Shown here: positions 54,567 to 63,741 of the stretch, in pieces
How positions within the stretch are numbered: position 1 is the stretch's first letter
Layout: each line of letters opens with the position of its first letter
IMG/VR virus record: IMGVR_UViG_3300029711_000003
Location: 32,001 to 96,000 of that record
From: a virus
Length of the DNA stretch: 64,000 bases
Direction: 5' to 3' (one strand)
Translations under genes and position numbers: made by a program
The notes under the pieces: model-generated
Databases searched by the model: none
The model's input: only the letters and a program-made list of their open reading frames with translations
Told to the model about the DNA's origin: nothing

Positions 54567-54881
54567 ATGAAAGCGATAACGAACAAAGAAAGGTTACCAA
54601 AGTTTCTTATGGTGAACGATATTCCTGAGAAGCGTTCTTGGAACAAACATCTTCTCAAGCCCTACAAAAAAGGAGAGATTGTGAAAGTAGCTCCTTTTGA
54701 AGAGCAAAAAAGGAATGAGGCGTATGATGAACAATTTAGATTTGTTAAACCGAACAATGACCCATTATGGTTTAGACAAAGATACGTGGTTATATATCGC
54801 AAGGATGACAACGGAAAGTTCACTTTGAAATATACCGAAGATTGGGAAAGTTTTGATTTATTAACAAAAATAAAAAAGTAA
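54567..54881 (+). CDS. hypothetical protein
   Basis: Start moved to ATG 54567 (MKAITNKERL...). The listed 54504 start lies inside the HU terminator hairpin. Confidence 0.5.
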   Translation: MKAITNKERLPKFLMVNDIPEKRSWNKHLLKPYKKGEIVKVAPFEEQKRNEAYDEQFRFVKPNNDPLWFRQRYVVIYRKDDNGKFTLKYTEDWESFDLLTKIKK

Positions 54882-54885
54882 CAAA

Positions 54886-55353
54886 ATGAAAAAAGCTAAG
54901 ATTGAAAAGAAACTCGCAAAGGCTTTGTTTAATGACAAAGAGCGTGCCGTGATTATGAACTCATTGTACTATTCGGTACATAAGTACAAACAACACGGAG
55001 ATACCGACAATGCGGTATTTGTTCAGGCGGTTGCTAACCGTGTAGCCGAAGTGTTTGATATTCAAAATCAGAAGTACACCAAGGCAGAGGTTGACGCCAT
55101 TGTTGAAAATGCTCTCAAAGAAGCAAAAGAGCGGTTTGTTAAAATTCTTGATAATGAGTCTTACTCGCAGTTCAAGAGAGGTTATCAGAAAGCTATGGAG
55201 CAGTTCAACAATGGAGTTTGCGTGGCGGTATTACATCATCACGATGAAGAAGCAAAAGATGATGGTGAGCAAAAACCTGATGCACCGAGCAATGATGAGA
55301 AGCCCGAAGGTGGGGAGAATAAAGACAACACTGAGCATACCGAAGGCAAATGA
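54886..55353 (+). CDS. hypothetical protein with acidic C-terminus
   Basis: 155-aa ORF. Confidence 0.5.
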   Translation: MKKAKIEKKLAKALFNDKERAVIMNSLYYSVHKYKQHGDTDNAVFVQAVANRVAEVFDIQNQKYTKAEVDAIVENALKEAKERFVKILDNESYSQFKRGYQKAMEQFNNGVCVAVLHHHDEEAKDDGEQKPDAPSNDEKPEGGENKDNTEHTEGK

Positions 55354-55646
55354 TTTTTCTCACAACGGTAATACTGATAATTGCGTTCCTTGTTCGTGGT
55401 GCCTATAACATGAAGAATGGTTAGCCTTTAAGCAATCATAGCACTTCTGTTTCAGAGGTTGATAGCGATGAGAAACATTGTCGTGAAGCGGATTATCAGC
55501 AACCCGATATTTTAGATGTTAACAAGGCATTCATCTGCGACCAGTTGATGCTACATTTGTATGCTTTGTATTAGATGTTCAAAAGTTTTATTGAACAATA
55601 GGCGATAGAGAATTTACATATATTTTTAGACAAACATTTTATCCTT

Positions 55647-55695
55647 GCCCCTAATGAAGCTGATGCATAAGTGGATTTAGGGGCAATTCTTTTTG
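55647..55695 (+). terminator. intrinsic terminator-like hairpin at the end of a ~300-nt ORF-free region
   Basis: GCCCCTAA (55647-55654) pairs with TTAGGGGC (55677-55684), followed by AATTCTTTTTG. Confidence 0.65.
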
Positions 55696-55730
55696 AACAA
55701 AGTTCTATAAATAGAGAAAAATCAACATAT

Positions 55731-56399
55731 ATGATAAAGAGTAATTACATAGTATTTGATACAGAAACTGGCGGTTTAGACGAAACGAAAAATCCAATCA
55801 CTCAGTATGCTGCTGTAGTTCTTGAAGGACGTACTTTGAAAGAAATAGACCGTTGGGAAACATTCGTTAAGCCGTATGGAGATTTAGTGATTGAAAAAGA
55901 TGCGCTTGACCATACGATGGTTTCAATGTCCGATATAAACAAGGGATTGAAAGTAAAGGATTTTGTTGCTACGGTCAAAGAGTTTTGGGAAACTCATAGG
56001 GCAAAATCAAAACGTAAGGAAATGGGACGGTTAGTTCCAGTAGGTCATAATATACCGTTTGATAACCGTTTCTTGAATTTTGCTTTGAACTTTTGCGGAG
56101 AAAGCTACGATATTACTGAGTGGATGTATCCTAACTTTATTGATACATTTCCTATTGCTAAATTAGCTTTTGGAGTATCGGGTGATGAAAAGATAAATTT
56201 GGGAGCTTGTTGTGAACGTGCTAAGATTAAACTCACCGATGCTCACGGTGCTATGAATGACGTAGAAGCTACAGCAGACCTTTTGCGTTGGTTTATGAAG
56301 AAGTTAAGAGCTAAGAAGGGAGAAGGAACTGCGGATGACGTTTCTTCAGGTCGTGCGAGAGGTAACGAGTTCTTTGAATTCAAATGTGCAGCAAAATGA
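55731..56399 (+). CDS. DnaQ-like DEDDh 3'-5' exonuclease
   Basis: Start at ATG 55731. Exo I IVFDTETGGLD, Exo II VGHNIPFDNRFL, Exo III HGAMNDVEATADL. Confidence 0.85.
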   Translation: MIKSNYIVFDTETGGLDETKNPITQYAAVVLEGRTLKEIDRWETFVKPYGDLVIEKDALDHTMVSMSDINKGLKVKDFVATVKEFWETHRAKSKRKEMGRLVPVGHNIPFDNRFLNFALNFCGESYDITEWMYPNFIDTFPIAKLAFGVSGDEKINLGACCERAKIKLTDAHGAMNDVEATADLLRWFMKKLRAKKGEGTADDVSSGRARGNEFFEFKCAAK

Positions 56400-56716
56400 G
56401 TTATCAAACATTTCAATTAGCGCAGCAATTAGAGGAAGCGTTCAACAGTGTTGGTTCTTCTATGATGTCCGTGAACTTTGCCGCTAAGTTACTTGCTTAT
56501 GTATATGTTCGTGGTGGAGGCAATGAAGCTGTGACGATGCACGAAGGGTTGAATGCCGGCATAGCCATAGCTCAACAGAAATTCAATATCAAAGGCGGTG
56601 AACGTCCAGACTATAAAGGAATTGCTTGTATAAGAGCTTTTATCAATGAGCTTGAACGTAAGGGCGATGATACGCCTTGGTTGAAAGACATATATCGTAG
56701 ATACAACTTGAAATAA
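56396..56716 (+). CDS. hypothetical protein
   Basis: Start at ATG 56396 (ATGA overlap). Confidence 0.45.
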   Translation: MSYQTFQLAQQLEEAFNSVGSSMMSVNFAAKLLAYVYVRGGGNEAVTMHEGLNAGIAIAQQKFNIKGGERPDYKGIACIRAFINELERKGDDTPWLKDIYRRYNLK

Positions 56717-56753
56717 ACAGTTATTATAAACATAAATTGAAAATTTGAATCGT

Positions 56754-57524
56754 ATGACTGAACAATTGAACAATGAAGCTCCGAAACGTAAACGGAGAAC
56801 GAAAGCAGAAATGGAAGCTGCCCGTGCCGCAGGTGAGGCTCCTGCTAAGAGAGTGAAGAAAGATACTGGCGAAACTAAGAAAGGTGATGAGCAAGCACCT
56901 AAAGCACCTAAAGCACCTGAAACTTATGCTGCTAAGCCTAAGCTGAAGCCCGAACAATCCGTACTTATTATGGCATGTCTTGAGCCTCAGGTTGCTAAAA
57001 AGGCAATGGATGCTGCTAAGGAAAGAGGTGTTGAAGTAGTTATTCTTGAAGATAAGGTTATTCATGACTATTTGGACATGAAGACTAAGAAGCCTGAGAG
57101 TTTGGGTGAGTTCTTGAGTAATACTTCTAACCGTCTTCAAGCAGAACAAAACCGTACCAAACTTTGGATGATAGTTACAGGCGGTGCTCCAGTAGAACAA
57201 GCATCAACGAGAATTATCACCGAAACGGAGGTTGTGAAGAAGACAACGTTGTCTCATGGACAAGCAAAGGCTATGTTCAATCTTTTGAGAGCTTTCGGAT
57301 TGTTGAGATTCACGAAAGGAACGCATGAGTTTGTTTTGAACTTCGACAAGAACGATTGTCATAACACTATCGAAACGGAAGTATTGAGTATGGCGGAAGT
57401 TATGAACAATGACATCTTGCGTTTCAAGAACAGTATTGAATCAGATACCAGTTTATCAGAAGAACAAAAGAAACAGAAATATGATGAATTCAAGAACAGC
57501 GTTTGTGAGTCGCTGCGCTTTTAG
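56754..57524 (+). CDS. hypothetical protein with basic N-terminus, possible small terminase subunit (position only)
   Basis: The first ATG is at 56754. The N-terminal ~65 aa are K/R/A/P-rich. It lies immediately upstream of the large terminase, but a terminator separates them. Confidence 0.3.
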   Translation: MTEQLNNEAPKRKRRTKAEMEAARAAGEAPAKRVKKDTGETKKGDEQAPKAPKAPETYAAKPKLKPEQSVLIMACLEPQVAKKAMDAAKERGVEVVILEDKVIHDYLDMKTKKPESLGEFLSNTSNRLQAEQNRTKLWMIVTGGAPVEQASTRIITETEVVKKTTLSHGQAKAMFNLLRAFGLLRFTKGTHEFVLNFDKNDCHNTIETEVLSMAEVMNNDILRFKNSIESDTSLSEEQKKQKYDEFKNSVCESLRF

Positions 57525-57549
57525 TAGTTTTGTTTTTATTTAGCTTGAG

Positions 57550-57576
57550 GCTGACGGAGCAATCCGTCAGCTTTTG
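57550..57576 (+). terminator. intrinsic terminator
   Basis: GCTGACGGA (57550-57558) pairs with TCCGTCAGC (57563-57571) across a GCAA loop, followed by TTTTG. Confidence 0.85.
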
Positions 57577-57593
57577 TTGCATATAGGAGGATT

Positions 57594-60377
57594 ATGTTTG
57601 ATTTAGATACAATAGAACAAAAAGATAAGAAGCTGGTAAGCATTCTTCAGTCGCCAACTCATCAATTGGAATGTCTTTCAATAGTTGACGAGATAATTGA
57701 TAGCATGGATGACAAAGGCATACTTGAACTAATGTCTGGTTCGGACGGAGATTTGGACTATATTTTAGATTGTATGTTGAAGGATACATTCCAAGTAATG
57801 TACACTGGCAATCCTCATATTGATTTTGCTCCGAGATATACTGATAGGTTATCTCAAGCAGTAGAAGAAATATTGAGGTGCAAGAATTTGACATACTTCA
57901 TTACTTCGGTAATGCCCGATTTTCAGTTGTCTTGGCATCATTTGGAATGGGGAGATTTGGTTCACCGATATAAAAAGTTGTGCATAGAAGCTGCCCGTGA
58001 CCACGGCAAGTGCGAAGCAGTTGGAACAAAGGTAAGAATGTATGACGGCTCCATTAAGAAAGTTGAAGATTTGATAATTGGAGATTTGCTAATGGGAGTT
58101 GATTCAAAGCCAAGAAAGATTATTCATCTTCATAGAGGCGTTGATGACAATATGTTTAGAATTGACCAAAGTAAAGGTGATAGTTATACAGTCAATTCTA
58201 AACATATTTGTACCGTCATTAAAATAGGTAAGAGAGGAAAGAATTTGACAGAACACGAAAAGAATATTGTTGATATTGACATTCCAACTCTTTTATCTTA
58301 TTCAAAGAACTTTCTTTCAGAACGCATACGTGGTTTTAAGGTCGCTTGGGAAGCTCCTGAAAGAAAAGTATTGATTGAACCTTATTTCTTGGGGTATTGG
58401 TTAGGCGATGGAAATTCAAATAATCAAAAAATAACTATTGAAGATGTAGAGGTTGTTCGGTATTTAGAAGAATATGCTGAAAGACTTGGTATGACAACTT
58501 CAAGAAAAGGATTGTTGTCTAACATTAGGAGAAAAATAATATCTTGTAAAACCAAAAACAAGTTAAACATGTTTTTGAAAGCATATAACTTGATATATAA
58601 CAAACATATTCCTAATGTTTACATACATAATTCAAGAAAAGTTCGTTTGGAATTGTTAGCTGGACTTTTAGATTCAGATGGAGATTTATGGTGCAATGGT
58701 TATCATTTTGGCAATATAAATAAAAGATTGGTTGAGGATGTAAAAAATCTTGCTGATAGTTTGGGTTTCAGAACTTATATGTCAGGCGGTAGAAAGTACC
58801 ATAAACAACTGAAGAGAATGTATGATTGGTGGGGAGTTTCTATTTCAGGAAAGATTGATGAAATACCTGTAAAAATACCAAGAAAAAAGATTGAATATAA
58901 TTGGGGAAATAAGGCTTCAAATAAAGATTGGGGAGTCATAGATGGAATAGCACCAAGTGTCGTGTCTTCTATAAAAATAACAAATGTTGGTAAAGGAGAA
59001 TATGTTTCAATTACCACTGATGGAGACCATAGATTTTTGCTTGCTGATGGTACAGTTACTCATAATTCTTACTATTTCTCCAATGCTTATGCCGCTTGGC
59101 AATTGTATAAGTATGCTAAGCCGAAGGGTACTCAATTTTCAGCAAGACCTACAAAGTCAAATTCAAACCGTGGATATTTGTTCAGTTTCTCTTTGCAACA
59201 ATCCGTTGACCTTATGGAGATATTGAAAAACACGATTGAAAGTAATGATATATTGAAAGAACGTCTGTACCCTGATTCCAAAGATAAGAGCGGAGCGTGG
59301 GCAAGTACGAATATAGTATGTAAGAACGGAGCGAGATTGACGTGTAAGGGATTTGGGTCATCAGTACGTGGTGCTCACCCATATTGGATAGTAGTAGATG
59401 ATGGATTGAAAGATAACGTCATCTACAGTCAATTACAGAGGCAGAAAAGCATTGATTATTTCCATTCGGTAATTATGAACATGCTTGTACCAGGTGGTCA
59501 AATAATTGTAGTTGGCACTCCTTTCCATGCTTCAGACTTATACGGAGATTTGAAAAGCAAAAGCATACATGCTACTGGTAATAAGAAAGGATGGTTTGTA
59601 ATTGAATATCCTGCTATCTTTCCTGACGGTCGCATTCTTTGGCCACAACGTTGGAGTTTCTTTGACCTTATGGACAAGAAAGCTACGCAAGGAAACATCA
59701 TTTTCAGTAGGGAAAATCTTTGTCGTCCAATCACCAATGAAAGTTCTATCTTTCCGCTCAAGGTTTTGGAGCGTTCTTTGGTACGTATGGAGAATTATGT
59801 TCTTGTTCGCAATAGGGATGACTTTCCGATTAAGTTCAACAAAGTTGTCGTTGGATGTGACTTTGCTATTTCTGCAAATGTTGGTACAGACTACACTGTG
59901 TTTACGGTTTGGGGAGTTGACGATGAAACTGGAGAGCGTTGGTTGTTGCATTTCTATCGGGATAAAGGAAAGACGTTTCACGAGCAGATGCAAGTATTGA
60001 AAGGCATAAATGTGAGATTCAGACCTGATACAATGATTTTGGAACAAAACACGTTCCAACAGATATTCGTACAAGAAAGTGATAAACAGGGGCTGCCAGT
60101 TATAGGACATACCACTGGTATAGATAAGTATGATTTGAAGACAGGCTGGCCTGGACTTGCCATAGATTTTGAACGTGGCAAAATACATATACCGATTGGA
60201 GATAAGTATTCACAAGACGTGAAAGACCTTATTTTCTCAGACCTTGGTTCGGTAGCATTTACCGATAAGGGATTGGAGAGCGTAGGAGAACACGATGATA
60301 TCAGTTCTTCTTTCTGGCTTGCTAAGTTAGGAGCTAACTTGATTACCACAGGATTCAAGTACACTTTCCTGGGTTAA
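57594..60377 (+). CDS. terL: terminase large subunit, interrupted by an intein in the Walker A P-loop
   Basis: The exteins join as AARDHGK|SYYFSNAY, which restores a Walker A. Walker B is YWIVVDDGL. The C-terminal part is RNase-H-like nuclease (VVGCDFAIS...). An SD-like AGGAGG lies upstream. Confidence 0.9.
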   Translation: MFDLDTIEQKDKKLVSILQSPTHQLECLSIVDEIIDSMDDKGILELMSGSDGDLDYILDCMLKDTFQVMYTGNPHIDFAPRYTDRLSQAVEEILRCKNLTYFITSVMPDFQLSWHHLEWGDLVHRYKKLCIEAARDHGKCEAVGTKVRMYDGSIKKVEDLIIGDLLMGVDSKPRKIIHLHRGVDDNMFRIDQSKGDSYTVNSKHICTVIKIGKRGKNLTEHEKNIVDIDIPTLLSYSKNFLSERIRGFKVAWEAPERKVLIEPYFLGYWLGDGNSNNQKITIEDVEVVRYLEEYAERLGMTTSRKGLLSNIRRKIISCKTKNKLNMFLKAYNLIYNKHIPNVYIHNSRKVRLELLAGLLDSDGDLWCNGYHFGNINKRLVEDVKNLADSLGFRTYMSGGRKYHKQLKRMYDWWGVSISGKIDEIPVKIPRKKIEYNWGNKASNKDWGVIDGIAPSVVSSIKITNVGKGEYVSITTDGDHRFLLADGTVTHNSYYFSNAYAAWQLYKYAKPKGTQFSARPTKSNSNRGYLFSFSLQQSVDLMEILKNTIESNDILKERLYPDSKDKSGAWASTNIVCKNGARLTCKGFGSSVRGAHPYWIVVDDGLKDNVIYSQLQRQKSIDYFHSVIMNMLVPGGQIIVVGTPFHASDLYGDLKSKSIHATGNKKGWFVIEYPAIFPDGRILWPQRWSFFDLMDKKATQGNIIFSRENLCRPITNESSIFPLKVLERSLVRMENYVLVRNRDDFPIKFNKVVVGCDFAISANVGTDYTVFTVWGVDDETGERWLLHFYRDKGKTFHEQMQVLKGINVRFRPDTMILEQNTFQQIFVQESDKQGLPVIGHTTGIDKYDLKTGWPGLAIDFERGKIHIPIGDKYSQDVKDLIFSDLGSVAFTDKGLESVGEHDDISSSFWLAKLGANLITTGFKYTFLG
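58011..59066 (+). mobile_element. intein (352 aa) with LAGLIDADG homing endonuclease domain
   Basis: It starts with Cys (CEAVGTKVRMYDG...) and ends with THN, followed by Ser (+1 residue). Block B is NSKH. The two LAGLIDADG motifs are YFLGYWLGDGNS and LLAGLLDSDGDL. The length is a multiple of 3. Confidence 0.9.
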
Positions 60378-60418
60378 GACAGAGTTAAGTTAAAAGTAAC
60401 ATAAATTCATTTTAACGT

Positions 60419-60868
60419 ATGAAAAAAAGACAAGTAAACATTATCCTGAAAGGATATGGAAAATTGCCCGTATATGCTACGGAGCATTCAGCAGGAGCAG
60501 ACTTGTATTCTGCTAATGCTGTTAACATTATCATTTATCCCAATGAGCGCAAACTCATTCCTACTGGCGTTTATATAGAATTGCCTGAAGATGCTGAAGG
60601 ATGTATAAGACCGAGAAGCGGATTGAGTTTGAAAAAAGGACTTGTAGCAATAATTGGAACAATTGATGCTGATTATCAAGGAGAAGTTGGTATCATTCTA
60701 CATAACACAAGCGATACGACTTGGACTATTGAACGTGGAGAACGTCTTGCTCAGATAGTATTTAATGGCGATGGCGGTCTGTTCCAAGCAGAATGGAATA
60801 GAGTTTCAGAATTCACCCGAAGTAGCGAGAGAGCTGATGGTGGTTTTGGTCACACAGGAGTAAAGTGA
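60419..60868 (+). CDS. dut: dUTP diphosphatase (trimeric dUTPase)
   Basis: All five dUTPase motifs are present: AGADLYS, RSGLSLKKG, GTIDADYQGEVG, RLAQIV and GGFGHTG. Confidence 0.95.
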   Translation: MKKRQVNIILKGYGKLPVYATEHSAGADLYSANAVNIIIYPNERKLIPTGVYIELPEDAEGCIRPRSGLSLKKGLVAIIGTIDADYQGEVGIILHNTSDTTWTIERGERLAQIVFNGDGGLFQAEWNRVSEFTRSSERADGGFGHTGVK

Positions 60869-60869
60869 T

Positions 60870-61433
60870 ATGAAAAGTTTTGCACTTAAAAAGCCTTTGA
60901 CCAAAAATCAGGTAGATGATTTGACAGAAGCGTTGGTGAATACTATGCGCTATTCTGACCCAAATGTTGAATATCCGAGTTTTGACGAGGCTAAAAGTGA
61001 TGATGGGGTAATAGCTGAATGGTTTTACCCCATTTTCAATGGTACAAATGATTTCTCCGAGCTTACTGCTATACATATGTACATTACTCAGGAAGCTACG
61101 TTTGAGGAAGTTGGAGAGTTGTTATTGGGCATTGCTATGACTGAAATGAAACATTATGATAAGTTGGCTGATTTTATTCGTAAGATAGGAGGAAAGATTG
61201 ACCAGCGTTTCAACAATTCAGGTGTAACAATAGGTAAGAATTCAGAAGAAGCTATCAAAATTGCTATCGGAGCAGAAGAGAAAACAATTGACTTCTATGA
61301 AAAATTACAAGAGAAGCTGATAAAACTTGATGAGACACCTACTATCCGCATAGCATTACAATTACTTGCTAAGTTGATAGCTGATGAAGTGGTTCATTTG
61401 AAATTATTAAAAGAACGAATAAAGAAAGATTGA
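60870..61433 (+). CDS. ferritin-like di-metal carboxylate protein (Mn-catalase/CotJC-like fold)
   Basis: Two E...ExxH pairs: QEATFEE..MTEMKHYDKL and GAEEKT..ADEVVHLKLL. The N-terminal SELTAIHMYITQ resembles the Mn-catalase/CotJC family. Confidence 0.6.
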   Translation: MKSFALKKPLTKNQVDDLTEALVNTMRYSDPNVEYPSFDEAKSDDGVIAEWFYPIFNGTNDFSELTAIHMYITQEATFEEVGELLLGIAMTEMKHYDKLADFIRKIGGKIDQRFNNSGVTIGKNSEEAIKIAIGAEEKTIDFYEKLQEKLIKLDETPTIRIALQLLAKLIADEVVHLKLLKERIKKD

Positions 61434-61435
61434 CA

Positions 61436-63358
61436 ATGAAAAAAGACGGTATTGATTTGTTAGCTGATTATGTATTTCTTTCAAAGTATTCTCAGCGAAA
61501 TTCAGAAGGAAGGCTGGAGCATTGGCATGAAACAATTGAACGTATTTATGCGATGCACGAAGTTAAGTTGAACAAACTTGGACTTTGTAATATCGGTGTA
61601 CAAGAAATGATACATAAGGCTATGGCGATGGAGAATGATAAGAAAATTCTTTCATCGCAGCGTGGAAGACAATTTGCATCACCAGTAGAAACAAGCGGTA
61701 TTTTGAAGCATGAAGCAAAACTTTACAATTGTTGTTCTACTTATATAGACCGTATCGAAGTATTCAGCGAAATAATGTATCTTTTGCTTTGCGGTTGCGG
61801 TGTCGGATATTCCTTGCATAAGGAGTATATTGATAAACTGCCTGTGGTTAAGAAGCAAATTGGTGAATTTGTTACTTATAAAATAGAAGATAGCATTGAA
61901 GGTTGGGGTGATTCCATAAAATGGCTCATGGAAAATATGTTTGAAGGCAGAGACACACGTATGGACTTCACCGCTATCCGTCCAGAGGGAGCTTTGATTG
62001 ATGGAAAGTTTGTAGCACCTGGCCCTGAGCCTTTGATAAAAGCTCATGAAAATATCAAGAAAGTAATGCTTGGAGCTCAAGGACGCAAGCTCACCAGTAT
62101 TGAAATTCACGACATTATTTGTTTTATAGCTAATAGCGTTGTGAGCGGTGGTGTAAGACGTTCTGCTATGATTGCTTTATTTGATAAGGATGATGACTTG
62201 ATGCTCCGAGCTAAGACAGGAAGCTGGTGGACAGAAAATCCTCAAAGAGCTATGGCAAACAATTCTATTCTTACAAGTGACAAAGACCGTTTGTCATACA
62301 AAGAAATGAAAGAGAAGCTGCAAGTGATACGGCAATTCGGAGAGCCAGGAGTTGTAAATGCAGCTGATTATAGTTACACTGTCAATCCTTGCGGTGAAAT
62401 AGTAATGAAACCGAGTATTGATGGTCGTACAGGTTTTGCTTTTTGTAATCTTGTTGAAATAAATGCAGAGAGAGTAAGGACAGAAAAGGAATTTTATGAA
62501 GCATGCGAGGTTGCTTCATTCGTTGCTACACTTCAATCACTTTATACTGACTTCAAATATCTATCCGCTGCATCACGAGAGATAGCTGAGCGTGATAGAG
62601 CTATTGGAGTAAGCATTACAGGCATATATGCCAATCCTATTCTTCAGGGTGAAGTCCTTAAAGCAGGTGCTAAGATAGTGGCAGAAACAAACTCCAAATG
62701 GGCAGAAGCATTTGGAATAAATCGAAGTCGTACTTGCACTACAATTAAACCGAGCGGAAATGCTTCATCAATTCTTGGCTTGTATTGCAGCGGCATTCAT
62801 CCAGCTCATGCTATGAAGTATTTGCGCCGTGTGCGTATTAAGACTTACAGTCCAGAGTTCATTGCTTTGAAGGACACTCCTATGGTTAAAGTACTGAGAG
62901 GCGATGAGGCTGTTATCAGCTTTCCTATCGAAGTTAAGAGCGGATGGATTGTTTGCAAGGATAGTGTATCAGCCGTTGAGCATTTGAAGTTCATTGGTAT
63001 GGTTAAGCACTATTGGATTAACAAGGGTAGCATTGAGAAGAAAGCAATATCAAACAATATATCCGCTACAGTAGAAGTTCGTGATGATGAATGGGACGAA
63101 GTAGCAGCAGTATTGTTTACTAATGACTATTTGTTCACTGGAGTAAGTTTGTTGCCTAAATTGGGTGACCAAATATACGACAATGCACCGTTCCAACGTT
63201 TATCTTCAAAAGAGGTTAAAAAAGAATTCAATGATATCAAAAAGTATCTTGAAGACAATGAAGTAGATTTCAACGTTATTATGAGTAACCGAGATAACAT
63301 TTATTCAGGCGATATGGTTGCCGTTGGATGTTCAGGAGGTTCATGTGAATTGAAATAA
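61436..63358 (+). CDS. ribonucleotide reductase catalytic (alpha-type) subunit, probably class II (B12-dependent)
   Basis: RNR blocks: GCGVGYSL, FTAIRPEGALI, GGVRRSAMIALF, active-site NPCGEI, TIKPSGNASS, and a C-terminal redox Cys pair GCSGGSCELK. No ATP cone. At 640 aa it is too short for a typical class I alpha subunit. Confidence 0.85.
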   Translation: MKKDGIDLLADYVFLSKYSQRNSEGRLEHWHETIERIYAMHEVKLNKLGLCNIGVQEMIHKAMAMENDKKILSSQRGRQFASPVETSGILKHEAKLYNCCSTYIDRIEVFSEIMYLLLCGCGVGYSLHKEYIDKLPVVKKQIGEFVTYKIEDSIEGWGDSIKWLMENMFEGRDTRMDFTAIRPEGALIDGKFVAPGPEPLIKAHENIKKVMLGAQGRKLTSIEIHDIICFIANSVVSGGVRRSAMIALFDKDDDLMLRAKTGSWWTENPQRAMANNSILTSDKDRLSYKEMKEKLQVIRQFGEPGVVNAADYSYTVNPCGEIVMKPSIDGRTGFAFCNLVEINAERVRTEKEFYEACEVASFVATLQSLYTDFKYLSAASREIAERDRAIGVSITGIYANPILQGEVLKAGAKIVAETNSKWAEAFGINRSRTCTTIKPSGNASSILGLYCSGIHPAHAMKYLRRVRIKTYSPEFIALKDTPMVKVLRGDEAVISFPIEVKSGWIVCKDSVSAVEHLKFIGMVKHYWINKGSIEKKAISNNISATVEVRDDEWDEVAAVLFTNDYLFTGVSLLPKLGDQIYDNAPFQRLSSKEVKKEFNDIKKYLEDNEVDFNVIMSNRDNIYSGDMVAVGCSGGSCELK

Positions 63359-63654
63359 TGGAATCAGAAAAATTCATATTAAGTATTCTCAAGAAAATCG
63401 AAAGTTTGAAAGATGGCGTTATTGCTTATGCTTATAAAACAGGCAATGCTACGATGACGCATACTTGGTGGGAAGTCTCTGTCTCAGACTTCGACTTGTA
63501 TATGAACGACAAGCGTTTCAAAAATCTGTCTAACGCATGGCATAAAGCCACAATCGTCCATAATGTTTCGCTTGTGTTCGTATGCGGTTGGGTACCTACT
63601 GAGGAACGGCTTTCAAAACTTGCTGATGAGAATAATTTGATATTGAATATCTGA
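63358..63654 (+). CDS. hypothetical protein
   Basis: 98-aa ORF with a TAATG overlap to the RNR stop. Confidence 0.45.
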   Translation: MESEKFILSILKKIESLKDGVIAYAYKTGNATMTHTWWEVSVSDFDLYMNDKRFKNLSNAWHKATIVHNVSLVFVCGWVPTEERLSKLADENNLILNI

Positions 63655-63681
63655 TTCCTTTTTTTTCTTATAAAATAGTAA

Positions 63682-63710
63682 AAATACGCTTTGCGGCGTA
63701 TTTTTTTTTT
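63682..63710 (+). terminator. intrinsic terminator
   Basis: AAATACGC (63682-63689) pairs with GCGTATTT (63696-63703). The right arm runs into a T10 run ending at 63710. Confidence 0.8.
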
Positions 63711-63741
63711 GTCCAAATATGATATATGAAAAAATGAAGAT

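Noticed and set aside
7476-55730. N-terminal extensions in the ORF track (7476, 12051, 31125, 39566, 42989, 43600, 49675, 51066, 53258, 54504, 55671, 56384 and 56745).
   Set aside because: These starts either use alternative codons or lie inside the upstream gene or inside terminator hairpins. In each case an ATG placed at or just after the upstream stop gives a more parsimonious start.
117-63716. All minus-strand ORFs in the track (for example 56724..57200 at 158 aa, 59538..60188 at 216 aa, 5081..5494, 31744..32136, 61679..62110).
   Set aside because: Each is nested antisense within a longer + strand ORF that has clear motifs or tight operon-like spacing. They have odd compositions (Ser/Leu/Phe/Ile-rich) and no independent signals. 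I treat them as shadow ORFs of an AT-rich genome.
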